Assembly: GCA_030295235.1 (NCBI GenBank)
Contig: AP026142.1
Span: 248,001 to 312,000 of the forward strand
DNA from: Fistulifera solaris
Taxonomy: Eukaryota
DNA: 64,000 nucleotides
Direction of reading: 5' to 3'
Shown here: positions 38,216 to 51,944 of the stretch, piece after piece
How positions within the stretch are numbered: position 1 is the first letter of the stretch
Layout of the letters: every line of letters begins with the position of its first letter
Translations under genes and position numbers: made by a program
The notes under the pieces: generated by a model
The model's input: the letters and a program-made list of their open reading frames with translations, nothing else
The model's database searches: none
Told to the model about the DNA's origin: nothing

Positions 38216-39216
38216 TTAATTGGCTTGACAATTCCGCCAATCGGGTGGAAGCATGGGTGCAACCACGGTCGTGTTGGTTCCGTTGACGAACTCTTGAATG
38301 CCATCAATATAGCAGTCCATGTACGAGCACCATTGACTAGCACTCAAATACAAGGAATAGCCACACGTCAATACTGGATCTCGTCCATAGACCGCAATAC
38401 CGTTCATGTAGGCACCCCAACACCACGCCATGACGGCGCGACTCCACCAAACGTCAAAATTACAATGCATGCCAATCAACCAACCGGCAAACCAGTGATG
38501 GAAATGAAAATAGGGTGATGATAACAGGGGGAGCAAAAAAACCGTGACGGCCAGTAAGAGCTCGATGACTTTTTGCACCAACACTTCGTGATGTACCGCA
38601 TAAAGGACGTGTTGCCACACCACTTTCACCACCAACACCGCCGCGCCCGCCACAAAAATCCACAAGGCCACGGGCCAAGTGCAATGAACTTCATATAGTG
38701 TAAAGGAATGCTGTAAAAAGGTAAAGGACGTAATGTAACTTGAATACAGATTGGCCAGTGCCGCCCACAAAAGCCAAGCGGCGTGATCGACTCCATTTTG
38801 CAAATGCAATCGACCCACAAAGAAAAAGACGATTGCATCCGCGGCAATCAAATTTCCTTCGTACACGAGCACATTGTGCAATGTCAAATGTCCATCATAT
38901 TCCCAATCCATCCATCGCACTACATGAAATAAGACAACGATTCCTACCGCCGTGAAGAACAGAAATTTGAGCAATTTGACCGTGGTCGGGCCTTCCAAAA
39001 GGGAATACCCGCTACCGCAAATCGATCGTCGGGAAGGAGGGTTTGATAAAATGCGTGTTCCCAGGATGAAGTAGTTGGAGTAGGAAGAACGTCTTCGTCT
39101 TCTTCTTTTTCTTCGTCACCCTCTTCGACGCGGGCTACCGTCCGATACACGTGTCCCTGTTTTCTACGACTTTCCGGTGGATCAACTCGTATCACGCCAT
39201 CGACCGTTCGATCCAT
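38216..39216 (-). CDS. Multi-pass membrane protein of unknown function (frameshift near 39000)
   Basis: Several hydrophobic helices, with His-rich FHFHHWFAGW..GMHCN and GIAVYGRDP motifs. Confidence 0.75.
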
Positions 39217-39431
39217 GTTTATTGTGTCCGAAACAAAGCTTCTATTTATTTATTTGGTTGTCTCGACAAGCCGAGGCGCTTCCTTCCGAGAGTTTTTCGC
39301 ACGCGTCAGTCAAGGACAAGCATGACTGCAGAGTGAGTCTTAGGCAAGCGTGATTCGATAACAAAACAGCGAAACATAGAAACAAAGAGTTATTGAGATA
39401 CAACGAAAGGAATGAGACTGCCTATATATGT

Positions 39432-42400
39432 TTAGGAAGAAAGAGATTGAACTTTATTCGGCCATGGATTTGATTCTGTGTCATTCGTAACTGTCACAAG
39501 CCATTGCAATGAAAATCGATACGAGACAGTCTCCTTCTGAATTACATTCAATCGAAGTTTTTGAAGGTTGTAAACACCGGTGGATGTGACTAGAGCTTGG
39601 AATGGTATGGAAAGTTCTCCATCTGCATCCAGCTTATTCTCAAGGCTCACAGGTCCACTAAAGTGCAAAGACTCGGTCGCTTCCAACGAAAATTCAAACG
39701 ACACGGATGCTTTCGTCAGACGATTCTTCAAGTGAACTTGGAAAGGTATCGTAGCCGGTCCGGTCACAAAATCATGGGACAGTCTCGACGGATAGCTGGC
39801 GGTGACCAAAATGGGACAGCCTTTGATATCCATTTTAGGGCGCACAAAGAGATCGCGAACAAAAAGAGCTCCCCGGATCGCACTGTTTTTACAGTGCCAC
39901 GAAAGAATCAGATGCACTCGCTCTTCATCGACATTACGGGGACAAAGCTTTCGAACCGACGTCGCATCTACTACGAGCTCTGCTGGTTCAGTATCGGATT
40001 CCTGGCCTGTCAAAGCAGTATTGGCGCGTCGAATTTGAGCAATGGAACGTGGTTGTTGGTTCGAGGCATCATGAGCTGCTTCCGCGCGGGCGAGCGCTAT
40101 CCTGTGCTTCGTCAAGGTATCTTCAAAAATGGCGTGTGCACTTTCCAGACACAAAAAGCTCACAAGCGAATCCGAATCGTTCAATTGCTGCGGAATAGGC
40201 TTCAAGAAATCAGATTGGCTTAAGACCGAATGTTTGGATCCGTCGTCACCAATGGGAAGGACTCGGAAATGCGACGCCACTCGTTCTTGCCAACCAAGTT
40301 CCACAACAGATTCGTCAAATTGACCTTCGAATGGGATAAGTTGATAATTCCAACTAGCCAACGAAACCTTGCTGACGGCTATATTAGTATCATCTGGCGA
40401 GTCGGTTCGATTGTTCGCAACCTCCAGTGACAGTGTGTTTTCACTTGATATTCGGTTGGAGGGAACCAGGGACGTAGCTAGTGTTACGGAGGGGTATATA
40501 TTCACTTCAAACATCTTCTTCAACCACCTAAATCGACCCCTCTCATTCTCGTCGTCACTGAGTAGCTCATATCGAAACAGCATGTACAAGCCCTGTTTGC
40601 CACTCTGGGGTGTTCGCATCTCTATCGGGACATCTATCGATTCTCCAGGATAAAGGTTTCCTTCTTTAAGCGGGAAACTCATCAATGTTCCCGATGGACC
40701 AAGTGAGTTCGGAACACCGTCATGCTGTTGGGTTGACTTGTGAAGGATCCGTATCCAAGGAATATTTGTTTTTAACGTAGCGTTCGTGGCAGGCGCTGTA
40801 CCAATATTTTCCACCCGAAGAATCCACGGCCTTATCTGCCCTTCCAAGGCTGGACCGACGGGAGCTGATTGTTGAGCGGGCAACAGTTCTATAGTGAGAC
40901 AGGGCATCCCTCTCTCGACCTTTGCTCGTAGAAGCATGGGTTCACCGCGCACACGGTTGGCACGATTGGCGCGAGTATTTTGCAGCAGTCTTCCTTTGAT
41001 TTCAAATTGGTGATAAACCCAAACGGCATCGAATAAGCGGAAACGGACTCCTAAAACTTCCAGATCACCTTTCTCCAAGGGACATATTCCAAGAGCAATC
41101 CTTTTCGAGCCTTCCGGGTCCAGTGTGGCATTTGCTTTGGTAACGACAAAAATGGGGATGCCTCCGCTGCTGCTTTCCATCTTCCTTTCTCATCCTCACC
41201 AGATCCAGACGAAAGACGACAGAAATCGGCAATCAAAAACTCTTCTTGTCCACTTTGAAAGGTCCACTTTGGTTGTTCATTGTAGGAAACTAATTGAGTG
41301 ATAGAAATTGCATCTTCGTTCGTACAGCAGATATCTGCACTCGTCATTTTAGCGACGAGTTGAATATCGTTCAAGTCGACTGGTATACCCAGAGGGTTCT
41401 TCATAACAAACTCAATAAAGTACGGCTCTCTTTGAGCTCTGATTGGTGGCATTTCTCTATAGGACGCAGAGCGTTTCGCTCGCTCTTCCCTACTGCGATT
41501 CAAATGTTCCTTGTCAATTTCGGTTATTACTTTCCGGATTTCTGGATCATGAATAGACCGCAACGCAGTAGAAATGACATCATTGTCAACCTTAGCCTTA
41601 TCTTCTTTGACGGCGCGGAGCTCGGCGTTAGTGCAAAGCATCAATTCGTCCCATATCTCTTCACTACCTCGATGGGCCTCACCGAGGTCAGGGACATTCT
41701 CTTTTGTCTGTGGTATGAAGCTTCTTCAGCCAGAACTGCCACGGAATGATCGTCAATTAAGGGCAAATTGACGTGGAGCAATTCCAACACTCTAGAGGCC
41801 CCTTTCGTGTAACGAACAACTTGCACAATTCGATCTAGCTTCTCTTTCCGTATCGCATCGCGCTGAAGTCCGGTCAGGTGGGAGGGTGCTGCCAAGCGGT
41901 CTGCACCAGCAAGAGCCTTCTTTGGGTAGTCGCTGCAAATTTCCAACAAGTTATTTACGTATTTTTGTTGCGATTTAGTAGACACGCGTCCACCTTCGGA
42001 ACATCCAACCAATTTCCCATATAATTGCAAAGCAATCGCCATGCGTCCCATAGAAAAAAGCTGAGCCGCTAGTGCCGATCGTATATGATTATGCAATTCA
42101 TCCCAGTTCCCATCACGATAAATGTACAAAGCCGATGTGAAACATCGAAATGCGTGATGATTTTGTTCCGCCGATCGATACATGTGACCACTCATTAACA
42201 TATGAAATGCGTACTTGCGATACAACTCGGCATGAAAATAATGAGCCGAACCCTGTTCCAGTAACACCGCCGCTCCTAGTGCATTCTCGTTCGACGATGC
42301 CGATGCCAATAGATCCGCTACTTCGAGATGACGTCCGGTAATCACATTTTGCGTAGCGGTCAATACTAGACACAGTCGCGTAGCGAGACGCGTCGACAGG

Positions 42401-44172
42401 GAAGCGGCAGCGACTCGTCCACTAACGCCGACTCGTTCTTCTTCGGCCGCACGACTGTAACTCCACATGGCATTTTCAATCAATGAAAAAATCTCTCGGG
42501 CTCGTCCATAGGCGTCCATATGATATAAGCACAGCGCCATCAATTCTTGCACACTGGCATAATGAGCGTGTGCTTTGTCTTGTTTCAAGTCATCTTTGAT
42601 CAACCGGTAAGTCCCGTACGCTTGTTCATAATCCGCCACAAGAAAAAGCGTATCGGCCAGCAAACGCGTTTGATTCTCCACGGTATCAAATTTGTATCGA
42701 ACGACATCGGTGCCCTTGCCCGCATTTTCGTCAATGGACTCCGATTCTTTCGGTTTCCCCGTCCGCCAAAACGACTTGAGCGCATTCCGCACACCTTTCT
42801 TTCGTTCACTGACTACCGCATTCAATGTCGCAATCCGATGTTCCAACGCCGGCAACAAAGCTTCTACCGCCAAACTGGTCAAGAATTGTCGCAACGACGC
42901 CCGGTCGTTCATGGACAAACAGTTCCCCAATTGTCCTCCGCCGCTCCACAAATCACTGGTTTCTTCGGTCGCTAATTGACGCGCCGTTTCCAACGACAGA
43001 CTGTTGATCCGCACGACCGCCGACGCGGCTCCAAATTCTTTCCTCAAGTCCTGTTGTAAGGATTGTTCATTCCAATTCTGTGCCCCATCGACATTGTCGT
43101 GCAAGACCAAGACTTGATGTTGCAATGCCTGCGGATTCATGAGACCATTTTGGAACGCCGTGGGCAAATAGAACTGCGAGGCACGTAAGGCGCGAACCGT
43201 CGCGAGCGCATCTTCGTGCGTCGTCGCCACCAACAAACACAAGGCCGGACAATGAAACAAATCGTGCGGCGCATCCTCGGTCGATTCATCCAGGGCTTGT
43301 CGATACCGTTGCAACCACGGAATCGTCAAGGGTGACGTCAAATCAAAGGCGTCTTTGTGAATTTGATCCAATTGACGTTGTCGTTCCTCGTGTGTGACGG
43401 ACAATAAGGAAGGCGACTCGTCGAGCAGCAGATTGTCAACTTGATCTTCCAATAAGCACAATTCGGATTCTAAATTCCCGTCAGTGGCATGAATTTGGGC
43501 CTCTCGCGACAATGAATCCGCCGCTTCTGTGTCGTTCATGGTCTGAAACTCTTCGACGAACCGAATTTGGAGATCCTGCCACGTCAAATTCAAAAAGCGT
43601 GCCAACGAACGAAAAGGTGGTATTGTGGGTGGTGATTGATTGTTTTGGTATCCTGCGAGCATATGGTTGTAGAGTCCCTGCAACAGATCGACCAATCGCA
43701 AATCATTTTTATGAGCTAATTGATGCGCGGATTCGGACGCCAGAATCAAGACCGGCAAATGTCGATGACGTCGGGCCAAAAGTGGATGAGGAGGTGATGT
43801 TTTGGATAATTTGGCTTTGGGTGGAGGTGTATTAGAAGTAGTCGTAGTCGTCGTCGTCGTCGTCCTCGTTGGTGCATTCGGAGAAATGTTGACTGTTGCA
43901 GGCGGCAGAGAAGACTTGTTTGAAGTAGTAGAAGTCGTGGGTACTAATTTGGGTGGAGGCGGTAGAGAACCCGAGGTGGTAAACAAAGAAGACATTCCGG
44001 AAGTCGTGGCGGAAAAATTCGCCGATGGTGGTGCACTGGAAAGACCAGGAATCGGAACGTTAGTGTGATGTGGTTCATTCTGGGGTGCGGCTGCTGTTGC
44101 TTTATTGTTTGTTGTATTCGCCACTCTCGGAGGAGGTGGTAGCGTTCCCAAAGGACGAGAAGGATTCGTCAT
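39432..44172 (-). CDS. TRAPPC8: TRAPP III complex subunit 8 (Trs85); frameshifts near 41660 and 41150
   Basis: KKGVRNALKSFW, ENQTRLLADTLF, YRLIKDD, AAVLLEQ, RKYAFHMLMSGH.Y, Ig-like region with NPL.IP. Confidence 0.9.
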
Positions 44173-44453
44173 GTTTGCAGCAATTTAGCATTCAATAATG
44201 AATTATAGTTTCATTATCAAACAAGTTATAGTCTACATCCCCTTGCGAATTTTGTTGCTCTTCGTCAAAAGTTGCGGGCGGCGCATGCAGCGACCATGGA
44301 CGAACCTTCAACTTTCTATTACTTGTTACGCGATAGTGTTTTTCATTCGGTATTCCTTTCATTAGGTATTATTGGTCTAAAGTTCGTACCGGTACTTGAC
44401 TAAATCTACGTGCTGCATCAACTCTTTTTACTTTTTTAGTTCACCTTTTCGGT

Positions 44454-46724
44454 TTACGAATCCAAAAGCTCTTCCACCAAACGTTGCTGCACATCCAAAC
44501 TGTAACGATGCATATTCGAAGTGTTAATGTTCGATCTCGAGTCGCTATCGCCGTCCTGTTGTTTCTTGGCTTTCTTGGCATTCTCGAACATGAAGGCCTT
44601 GGCCAAACCATGGGCCAAGGCCGTCTCGATCGAAGCGATCGTCGCGGGATCCATAAAACTATTGGAAGAATGCAATTCGGCATATTCCGACAATTGTATG
44701 AAGCGCTCCATGAGTACACGAATGCATTTCGTATCCAGCTTAGCGATATCCGCTTCAATGGCTTGCTGCGCAATGCGCATTACATGCCAATGCCATGTTC
44801 GCAACAAACCAACACCATTTTTCGAGTCCCCTTCCAAGAGTTGCAATATTGAATCATTCATCTTTTCGTCATTTTGATCTAAAGATGCCACCAAATCCAT
44901 GGAATGCATCAACCACATTGCTTCGGGAATATCCTGGATACGGGGACCCAAGGCTTCCACGACAGCTTCTCCCACCACTTTGGCGTCCGCCAATCGCGTG
45001 ACTTCCGTTTCACTTACAGCCAGTGCCAAACGCAAAATCGTTTCGACCGTATCGATGCACAACAACGAAAGAGCCCGAGAGCAGGCTCCCAATGCACGAT
45101 TTTCTTTCAACACCAACGATTCCAGTTCTACTCCTTCCCATAACACCCAAACGGCCGTGGCGAAATCCAATCGCTCCATGCATGGACGATACAACGACAG
45201 GAGCATCGTCGCGGTCGCATCGAGTATTTGCAAACTCTTGCGTTCAATCAACGGACGGACCAAAGATACCATGGCACGGGCGTAGCGTTCCGTGGTGGGT
45301 GCATAATGCTCCAAGATGTCCGCCACCCATGTTCGAATGCGTTCTTCTTCGGAAAAAGGCAACAATAGGCGCACCGACAGTTGCACACCCAAATCGCCGT
45401 GTTCCGTCCGCGCCAAAGAAGACCTGATCGCATCGGCAGCATCGCACAAGAAATCGATTCTCCGTTCCACTACCGATTCTCCTTCCAAAATGCTGGCATC
45501 GACAAACACATTACACAACAACGCCAACTGCGGAAGAAAAATATTAGAATTGTTCTTAAAACACACATTCCATTTTCCTGTTCATTCAAACACACTCACC
45601 AACACGGCCGGCAAAGCCGCTCCTGTTCCGGCTCCGTAGACATACAACAAATGCAAGGCTTCACCCGCATTCCCTTCCATGACTTGCAACAAGGCTTGGT
45701 CGACTTCTTTGGTGTTGACGAACGATTGCGCCAACGCACGCGCCCGACGACTGACGTGTTGCAGATGCGGTTGACGGTACAACAACTCCACCAACAATGC
45801 TTCTTGCCAACTATCACACGGTGCTTCTCGAATATCACCCGACAAAATGGCAAGCAGCGGAGCCAATTCGGGAATGTGTCTCACGAGCGACGAACGAACC
45901 TGTTGGACATAATTTTGCCACCGTTTGTGTTTGCGGAGTGCCGCTTCGGCGTGAAAGGTGAGGGGTACATCCACACCGTGATTCGTAGGGTTCGTAGTTT
46001 CCCAAAATTGATAGTCGTGGGAATACACCTCGAGATCTTCCACTACGACTGCTTCGACTTCATCTATTTTTTCCGCATCCGGATCATAGAAATGGGTCCG
46101 ACCCCCGGGGATGGGTGCGAGTAGTAACAAATCACGCACAACCAGGAAGCTTTGTTCGATTTCCCGCATCGTTCGCGCATACTCTCGATCCTGGACCGTT
46201 GTATTTGTAGCTGCCACGTACAGAGAATGCTTCGATAGCAACCGCCAAGCTTCTTCCAAACATCCGTGCATGACGAATTTTAATAGCAAGGACCAGTATC
46301 CTTCCCACTGTTCCGGTTGAGCCGCTTGCAGCATGTTATCATATTCTGGCATCAAGTTGGGCAACGAAGGCAAATGATGATGCCGCAGATAGCGCACCGT
46401 CTCGGCGGTGGAAATGGAACCGCCCAGAACGATTTCCGACAAATGCAACACCGCCAGGTTCAATTTCAACAAATCCAAATCCAAAGTATCTTCCGCAGCG
46501 TCATCAATACATTGCGAAAGGACCGCACGATAGTGTTGCAGTGTTTCGGGAAGAGTTCTTTTCGTCGTTGTAGGAATCAATTGAATCAAGGCCGTCAATT
46601 CATGACTATAACATCCCGTTCCGGTCCCCGCTTGCAATGTATGCACTTGGCCCTTTTGTAGTATTTGGAGGGCGGAAGGACGGGTCGGATCCCACGCTAT
46701 GGTTGTTGTTGCTGTAGTTGTCAT
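44454..46724 (-). CDS. NUP85: Nuclear pore complex protein Nup85 (intron 45528-45599)
   Basis: YW.LL.K.V..G...EA..LL..H and L.IL.GD......SWQE.L...LLY..P blocks typical of Nup85. All-helical protein. Confidence 0.75.
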
Positions 46725-47161
46725 TGAGCTTGGCACAAGGAATTTTTTAGAGAACAACTGCTAATGCTAAAAAATAATAATGATGATGATAAAGAAGAGT
46801 TTTGCCGCATTGCCTCGGACTCGCAATCCTAACGATCGAAACGACGTTACTCCGTATTATGCTTAGCTTCCCGATGACACACGGACGGGTCTATAACTCT
46901 TTCTTATTTATAGACGACGAACAGACGTTGACAACTACCGTGCGTGTTGAATGACCGGTACTTGTACTATAGTATTGCAGTGTTCAACGAGTCAGTCGTA
47001 GCATACTCCTTTGGTCGTACTGTACTGTGATTTTTCCTTGTCGGCTTGGACGAAAACGACGACCATGATGTTTCTTCAGACGAAGATCCTAGAGCTATCT
47101 CAGCCCGTCATTATCATTAATCTCCATCTTGAATCCCTTCTACTAATTATTCTTTAGAAGA

Positions 47162-47443
47162 ATGAAACGAAGTCGGTTGTTGTCGAGAAAGCCGTGGAGC
47201 AGTCGCTTCTTTTCGTCACACTCGAGTGATATCATTCAAGGTCCATCCTTGTTACGCACTTCGGTCTATCGTCCGTCTCCGTCCTTGGTCGCTTTGCCCG
47301 GTTTACGGTCGTTGCCGTTCTGGACGCAACTCGATATGGAAACGCAACAAACACGCGTCGCGTATCAAGATCCGCAAATCACGCACGCTGTACAATTTCT
47401 CGAACAACACGCTGCCGACATTGCGAACGAATATCAAACTGTC

Positions 47444-47478
<35 letters not shown>

Positions 47479-48034
47479 GCCCTCCAGTGATTATCCTCAT
47501 ACCACAGAACATCACAAATTGCATACAGGACAATGGGACTGGCATTCCTTTGTTCAGAAGGGACAAATTCAATCCGCATTTGCGCAACAATTTCCTGTGA
47601 CAGCTTCTCTATTAGTCCAACTGAAACACGAAGGAATGTTGTTTACCGGAACACCGTTCGGGTATGCGTTTTTCTCCACCCTGCATGCTTCCTCCAAAAT
47701 TGCGGCACATACGGCACCGATGAATTTTCGTTTGCGCGTTCATTTGCCCCTCCAAGTGCCCAAACACACCCTTACTACTACTACTTCTACTTCCACCGAA
47801 CGACCGGCCTGTGGGATACGGGTGGGACCCGTGACACGAACGTGGCAAGAAGGAAAAGCCCTCGTGTTGGATGATTCCTATGAACACGAAGTATGGAATG
47901 ATACGGCAGAAACAAGAGTCTTGTTGTTGGTGGATTTGTGGCATCCCGATATCACTTTACAGGAACGAAAGGAGATTGTGGCCTTGTTTGATCATGCACA
48001 GCAACAGGGATGGTGGTCGCATCAATCCAAGTAA
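47162..48034 (+). CDS. Asp/Asn beta-hydroxylase-family 2OG/Fe(II) dioxygenase with mitochondrial-type presequence
   Basis: FFSTL...IAAHTAP.N.RLRVHLPL, W.EGK.LV.DDSYEHEVWN, R.LL.VD.WHP. Confidence 0.9.
47444..47476 (+). repeat. (AAC)11 microsatellite encoding poly-Asn
   Basis: Read directly from the sequence. Confidence 0.95.
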
Positions 48035-48107
48035 AATGAAACAGAAGGTTCCTACGGGTTGTTATTAACTATGTATAGGACACTCTTTCAACCTGCAGCC
48101 AAACAAC

Positions 48108-49861
48108 TCACCACGCTTTGCAATTTCCAGCCATGAACCGAAACACTCGTCGTCGACGACATTGGTGACCTGGACAACATCCGCGATTGGACCAACACAA
48201 TTGGTTGAGGCGTGTACAAGCGGGTTTTATGATAGTGCGTTCCGATGGTTGAGGTGTAGTCGAGGGACTCAAAGATGGTCGCGGTGATGGTGCCGCCGAA
48301 GGGGCTTCACTTGGAGATTGCGTCGGTGATACGCTCGGTTCATAGGATGGAACCTTGGTCGGTCCAGAAGAAGGCGGTACGGAGGGTGTAGTCGTCGGGG
48401 CTTTACTGGGAAATTGGGTTGGCGATGAACTTGGTTCGTGTGATGGGAATGAAGAGGGTTGAAAAGTTCTGGACGGCCCCAAGGAAGGGGTGTAGGAGGG
48501 TTGCAGTGATGGTTGCTTCGAAGGCGATGCCGATGGCCGGAGTGTAGGAAAAGGGGTGGGATAAAGGGTTGGTTCGATGGAAGGACGATGGGAAGGGAAT
48601 ACCGAGGGTATCATACTGTCCGTAGGTGTTACCGAAGGTGCTACGCTGCTCGTCGGAGCAATGGATGGAACTTGCGATGGACTTGCGCTGATGTGTTCTT
48701 GCGTCAAATACAACATCAAATTTGGGGATCCGGTACGTAGATTACTCAACGTTCCTACCACAGCGCGTGACCGCAATACCGTATAAATATCCGTGAAACT
48801 CGAGAAGCCTTCTTGCAGCAACATGGCGACCGCACCGGCGACAAAAGGTGCGGCCTGCGATGTGCCTTGCTTCGTGTCCGTGGCCGTATTCGAAGAGATT
48901 CCCGCCGAAACAATGTCGACCCCCGGTGCCCAAATGTCCACACAACTTCCATAGTTTGAAAACGATGCTTTAAAGTCTAAAGCATCGACGGCCCTGACCG
49001 AAATGGCGCCCGAGCTTCGTGAATACGTGTTACAGGCATCGACATTCCAATTCCCTGCCGCTAGAACCACAATGACGCCCGCATCGCGGGCATTGGCAAT
49101 GGACGAATCCAACGAAGAGCTGGAAGATCCCTGAATACTCATATTCACGACTCTTTTCCGGATTGATTTATAACATGACTCAGACCCGTCAAGATATTGG
49201 ATAGCGAACACGATCCATTATTGTCGCACACACGGACACTTCGAACATTCGCTTCTTTCGCCACTCCATACTTGGTTCCCGCACAAATGGCGGCCACGTG
49301 CGTCCCGTGCCCATTGCCGTCCGCGCAAGCATTATTGGAGCTAACGACATCCCGCGAACACACCGCCCGACCCCCAAAATCTTGGTGTTGTAGGCGAATT
49401 CCTGTGTCGAATACATAAATATCCACCCCTTTCCCCGTGTAGCCGTACCCAAATTCTTGATCGAGTGGTAAATCGATTTGATCAATGCGATCGAGTCCCC
49501 AATTTGCCGGATTGTATTGATAATTCGCTATGGTAAAGACGATATTTTCTTCAATATAGATGACACGATCATCGTGTAACAAACCAATCAAAGCAAAGGC
49601 CGACAATTCCGCCGCAAAGCCTGGAATGCCTTTTTGATAAAAATGTTGAATGTGCGTTTGGTCACGGTACGCGCTCGTCATTTGTACAGCATCAACAGCA
49701 GTCGCAGTTTCGTGCAATACGACAATGTATTCTCCCGGTATCACGTTGGTCGTTAAGGCGCGGCGCAATTTCGGATGCGCACCAATCCAATCCTCTTCCT
49801 CCTGACCGATCACCACCTGACGAAAGAGGCGGAAAACGAGCCAATAGCACCATCGTCGCAT
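48108..49861 (-). CDS. Secreted S8A subtilisin with Pro/Ser/Thr stalk and Cys-rich tail (frameshift near 49155)
   Basis: Signal peptide, IPGEYIVVL, WGLDRIDQ, FDTGI, GHGTHVA, LAAGN, GTSQAAP, then PSxxP repeats and C..C..CC..C. Confidence 0.9.
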
Positions 49862-50682
49862 TCTCTCGAACGGATATACCGCTTATCGTGACATGATGAT
49901 ATGTTTTTTTTGTTGAAGCTGTGTGCTTGGTGCAATCAAATGAAAATATATATGTTGATTCTTAAATAATGCTATTTGCCGATCAATCAATCAATCATAA
50001 CAACGGGGAACAATAATAAAACACGACATTTTTTACGACTTTTTCCTCCCCAGAAACACGACAAGGGAAAGGGAAGTCGACAGTCTTTGGGCACTAAAAA
50101 AATCGACTATAAGTGCTTCTGTCAACCAACAGCGATCGATTAGGATTTCATGTGTCTCTGTCCGCCAAGGCTCTATGATCCAAGTGTCGATGGAACCGGT
50201 ATGACGAATGACTACAGGCCAAATAATGTAACCTTAACCCCAGTCGGTGGACGTTCCTCCATTTTCTTCTACTGGTAAGCTAGAAGAGAGAGAGAGAGAT
50301 GACCCAGCACCAATCAGAACGTCTAGAGTGGCACGGACCCTGAGCTGTATGTTGGCTACTAGAGAGTCGAGGTCACAATGGTCCTGGTAATATGTTTTGG
50401 CAACGATTCTTCATAAGCTAGACATTGACGAAAGCAAGACTTGACCTATTTCGGTCCAGCGTCGCGCTATGTTACATCATGATGGCTTTCGTTCTTGAAA
50501 ATGAACAATCGGTGCTGAACAAGAGTGAGTTATTGACAGGGACTTATCCTCATTTCAAGCTAGTGACAAGCAAACAAACTTGGAATCAAAAATGACACAT
50601 ATCTCTGTATCAGCTTTTTAAAAATAGGGGGTCATTCATCATCATATTATTATTATTGTTGATGGTAGTAGTAGTAGTAAGT

Positions 50683-51504
50683 TTACTCATCATCATCACC
50701 ACCCGCCGCACGCGCCGCCGCACGTTTGCGAGCCAGACGACCGGGAGGACCTTGTCCGTAGGGAGAGTTGGTGGCAAAGTCAATGTGCTTTTCCGAAGCA
50801 GTTCGCACATTGAACGAGGGCACGTTGACCACTTGGTTGCCCACACGAATGTGACGTTGGCGGATCAAGACACGGGCGTGGTGGATGCTCTTGGCGAGGC
50901 CCTGCTTGTAGACGGCGGTTTGTAGGCGGCGTTCCAACAATTTCTGCGTTGTCAGCTGCAAGACGGCATCGAGTTCGAGTTCATCGTCGGCCAAAAGTCC
51001 GTATCGGTTCATGCGACGCAAGAGAGCGGCACCCTCGAAAATACGTTTGTTGTCGCTGGGATCGAGAGTCAACAGAGTACGAGCGGCCTTTCGAAGTTTG
51101 GCCAAAGCGAACTGGACACGCCAGATTTCACGTTTGCAGCGCAAACCGTATTCTCCTACTAAGCGGAGTTCTGCGTCAAGACGTTCCTTTTCGAAGGGAC
51201 GACGGGGCGTCTTGTACGTCTTTCGGTCTGTTGTTCGGAAAATAATACAAGTTCACAATGTTAGAAACCGAATTAGCAAACACAGTAGGAAGAATGATTC
51301 AAGGGCTTTTTATGCTTGAGAATTGGAAAGGAAAGAAGAACGAATTCACGATGAATGTGTGTTCTTCATATCTTAACATTGCCGGTTGACGAGAATCTCC
51401 GGTCCGCAGCAAGTCGCTTGAACCCAACCACGACGACTCCTTTTTTCTCCAGCTTTCGCATCCATGAATAACTTACAATTGCGGTGGATGGCGTTTTTCG
51501 GCAT
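50683..51504 (-). CDS. RPS9: 40S ribosomal protein S9 (uS4), 2 exons (51477-51504, 50683-51227)
   Basis: [30 protein letters not shown]...LERRLQT...[19 protein letters not shown]. 249-bp GT-AG intron. Confidence 0.97.
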
Positions 51505-51944
51505 GGTTCGTTGTTATTTTCTATTGAGGTGCTAACTGCTACAGCAACAACTGAGTTTTCATCAACAACACTGGCGGATACTGCGGGCTGCGGGCCTGCA
51601 TAATTATTTGGGAACAAGGCGAAGTAACGCAGTAAGCGGTAAAATCGAGGACACGCAAGAATGTCGCAGAAACATTATCACGACACTACAGCAAAGTCTA
51701 ATGGGTACCACTGCGTTTTGCAGTGAGGAGGAGTACATTTCGTCGCTGATGATGTAGTTCTCGTGAATCGATTCACCCAAGAATGATACTCCGTGACTTT
51801 TCTGAAGTACTTTAATACTTCTGTAACATACGGAGTAAACGTTTGAAGACCTCTCACTCTCTCTCTTATCGGCCACTGACAAGCTTGTTATTTATGTTCT
51901 CTTCCTTCCCATCAAACCTTCGTTTGTTAGTATCAGTAGTATGA

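Noticed and set aside
49900..50600. Hidden gene or ncRNA in the spacer (ACGAAAGC/GCTTTCGT inverted repeat, GA microsatellite)
   Set aside because: I could not build a coherent spliced ORF or recognise an RNA family.
51746..51805. Possible box C/D snoRNA (TGATGA...CTGA) around the 14-bp palindrome GTGAATCGATTCAC
   Set aside because: Box C lacks the 5' purine, there is no adjacent terminal stem, and I recognised no rRNA-complementary guide.
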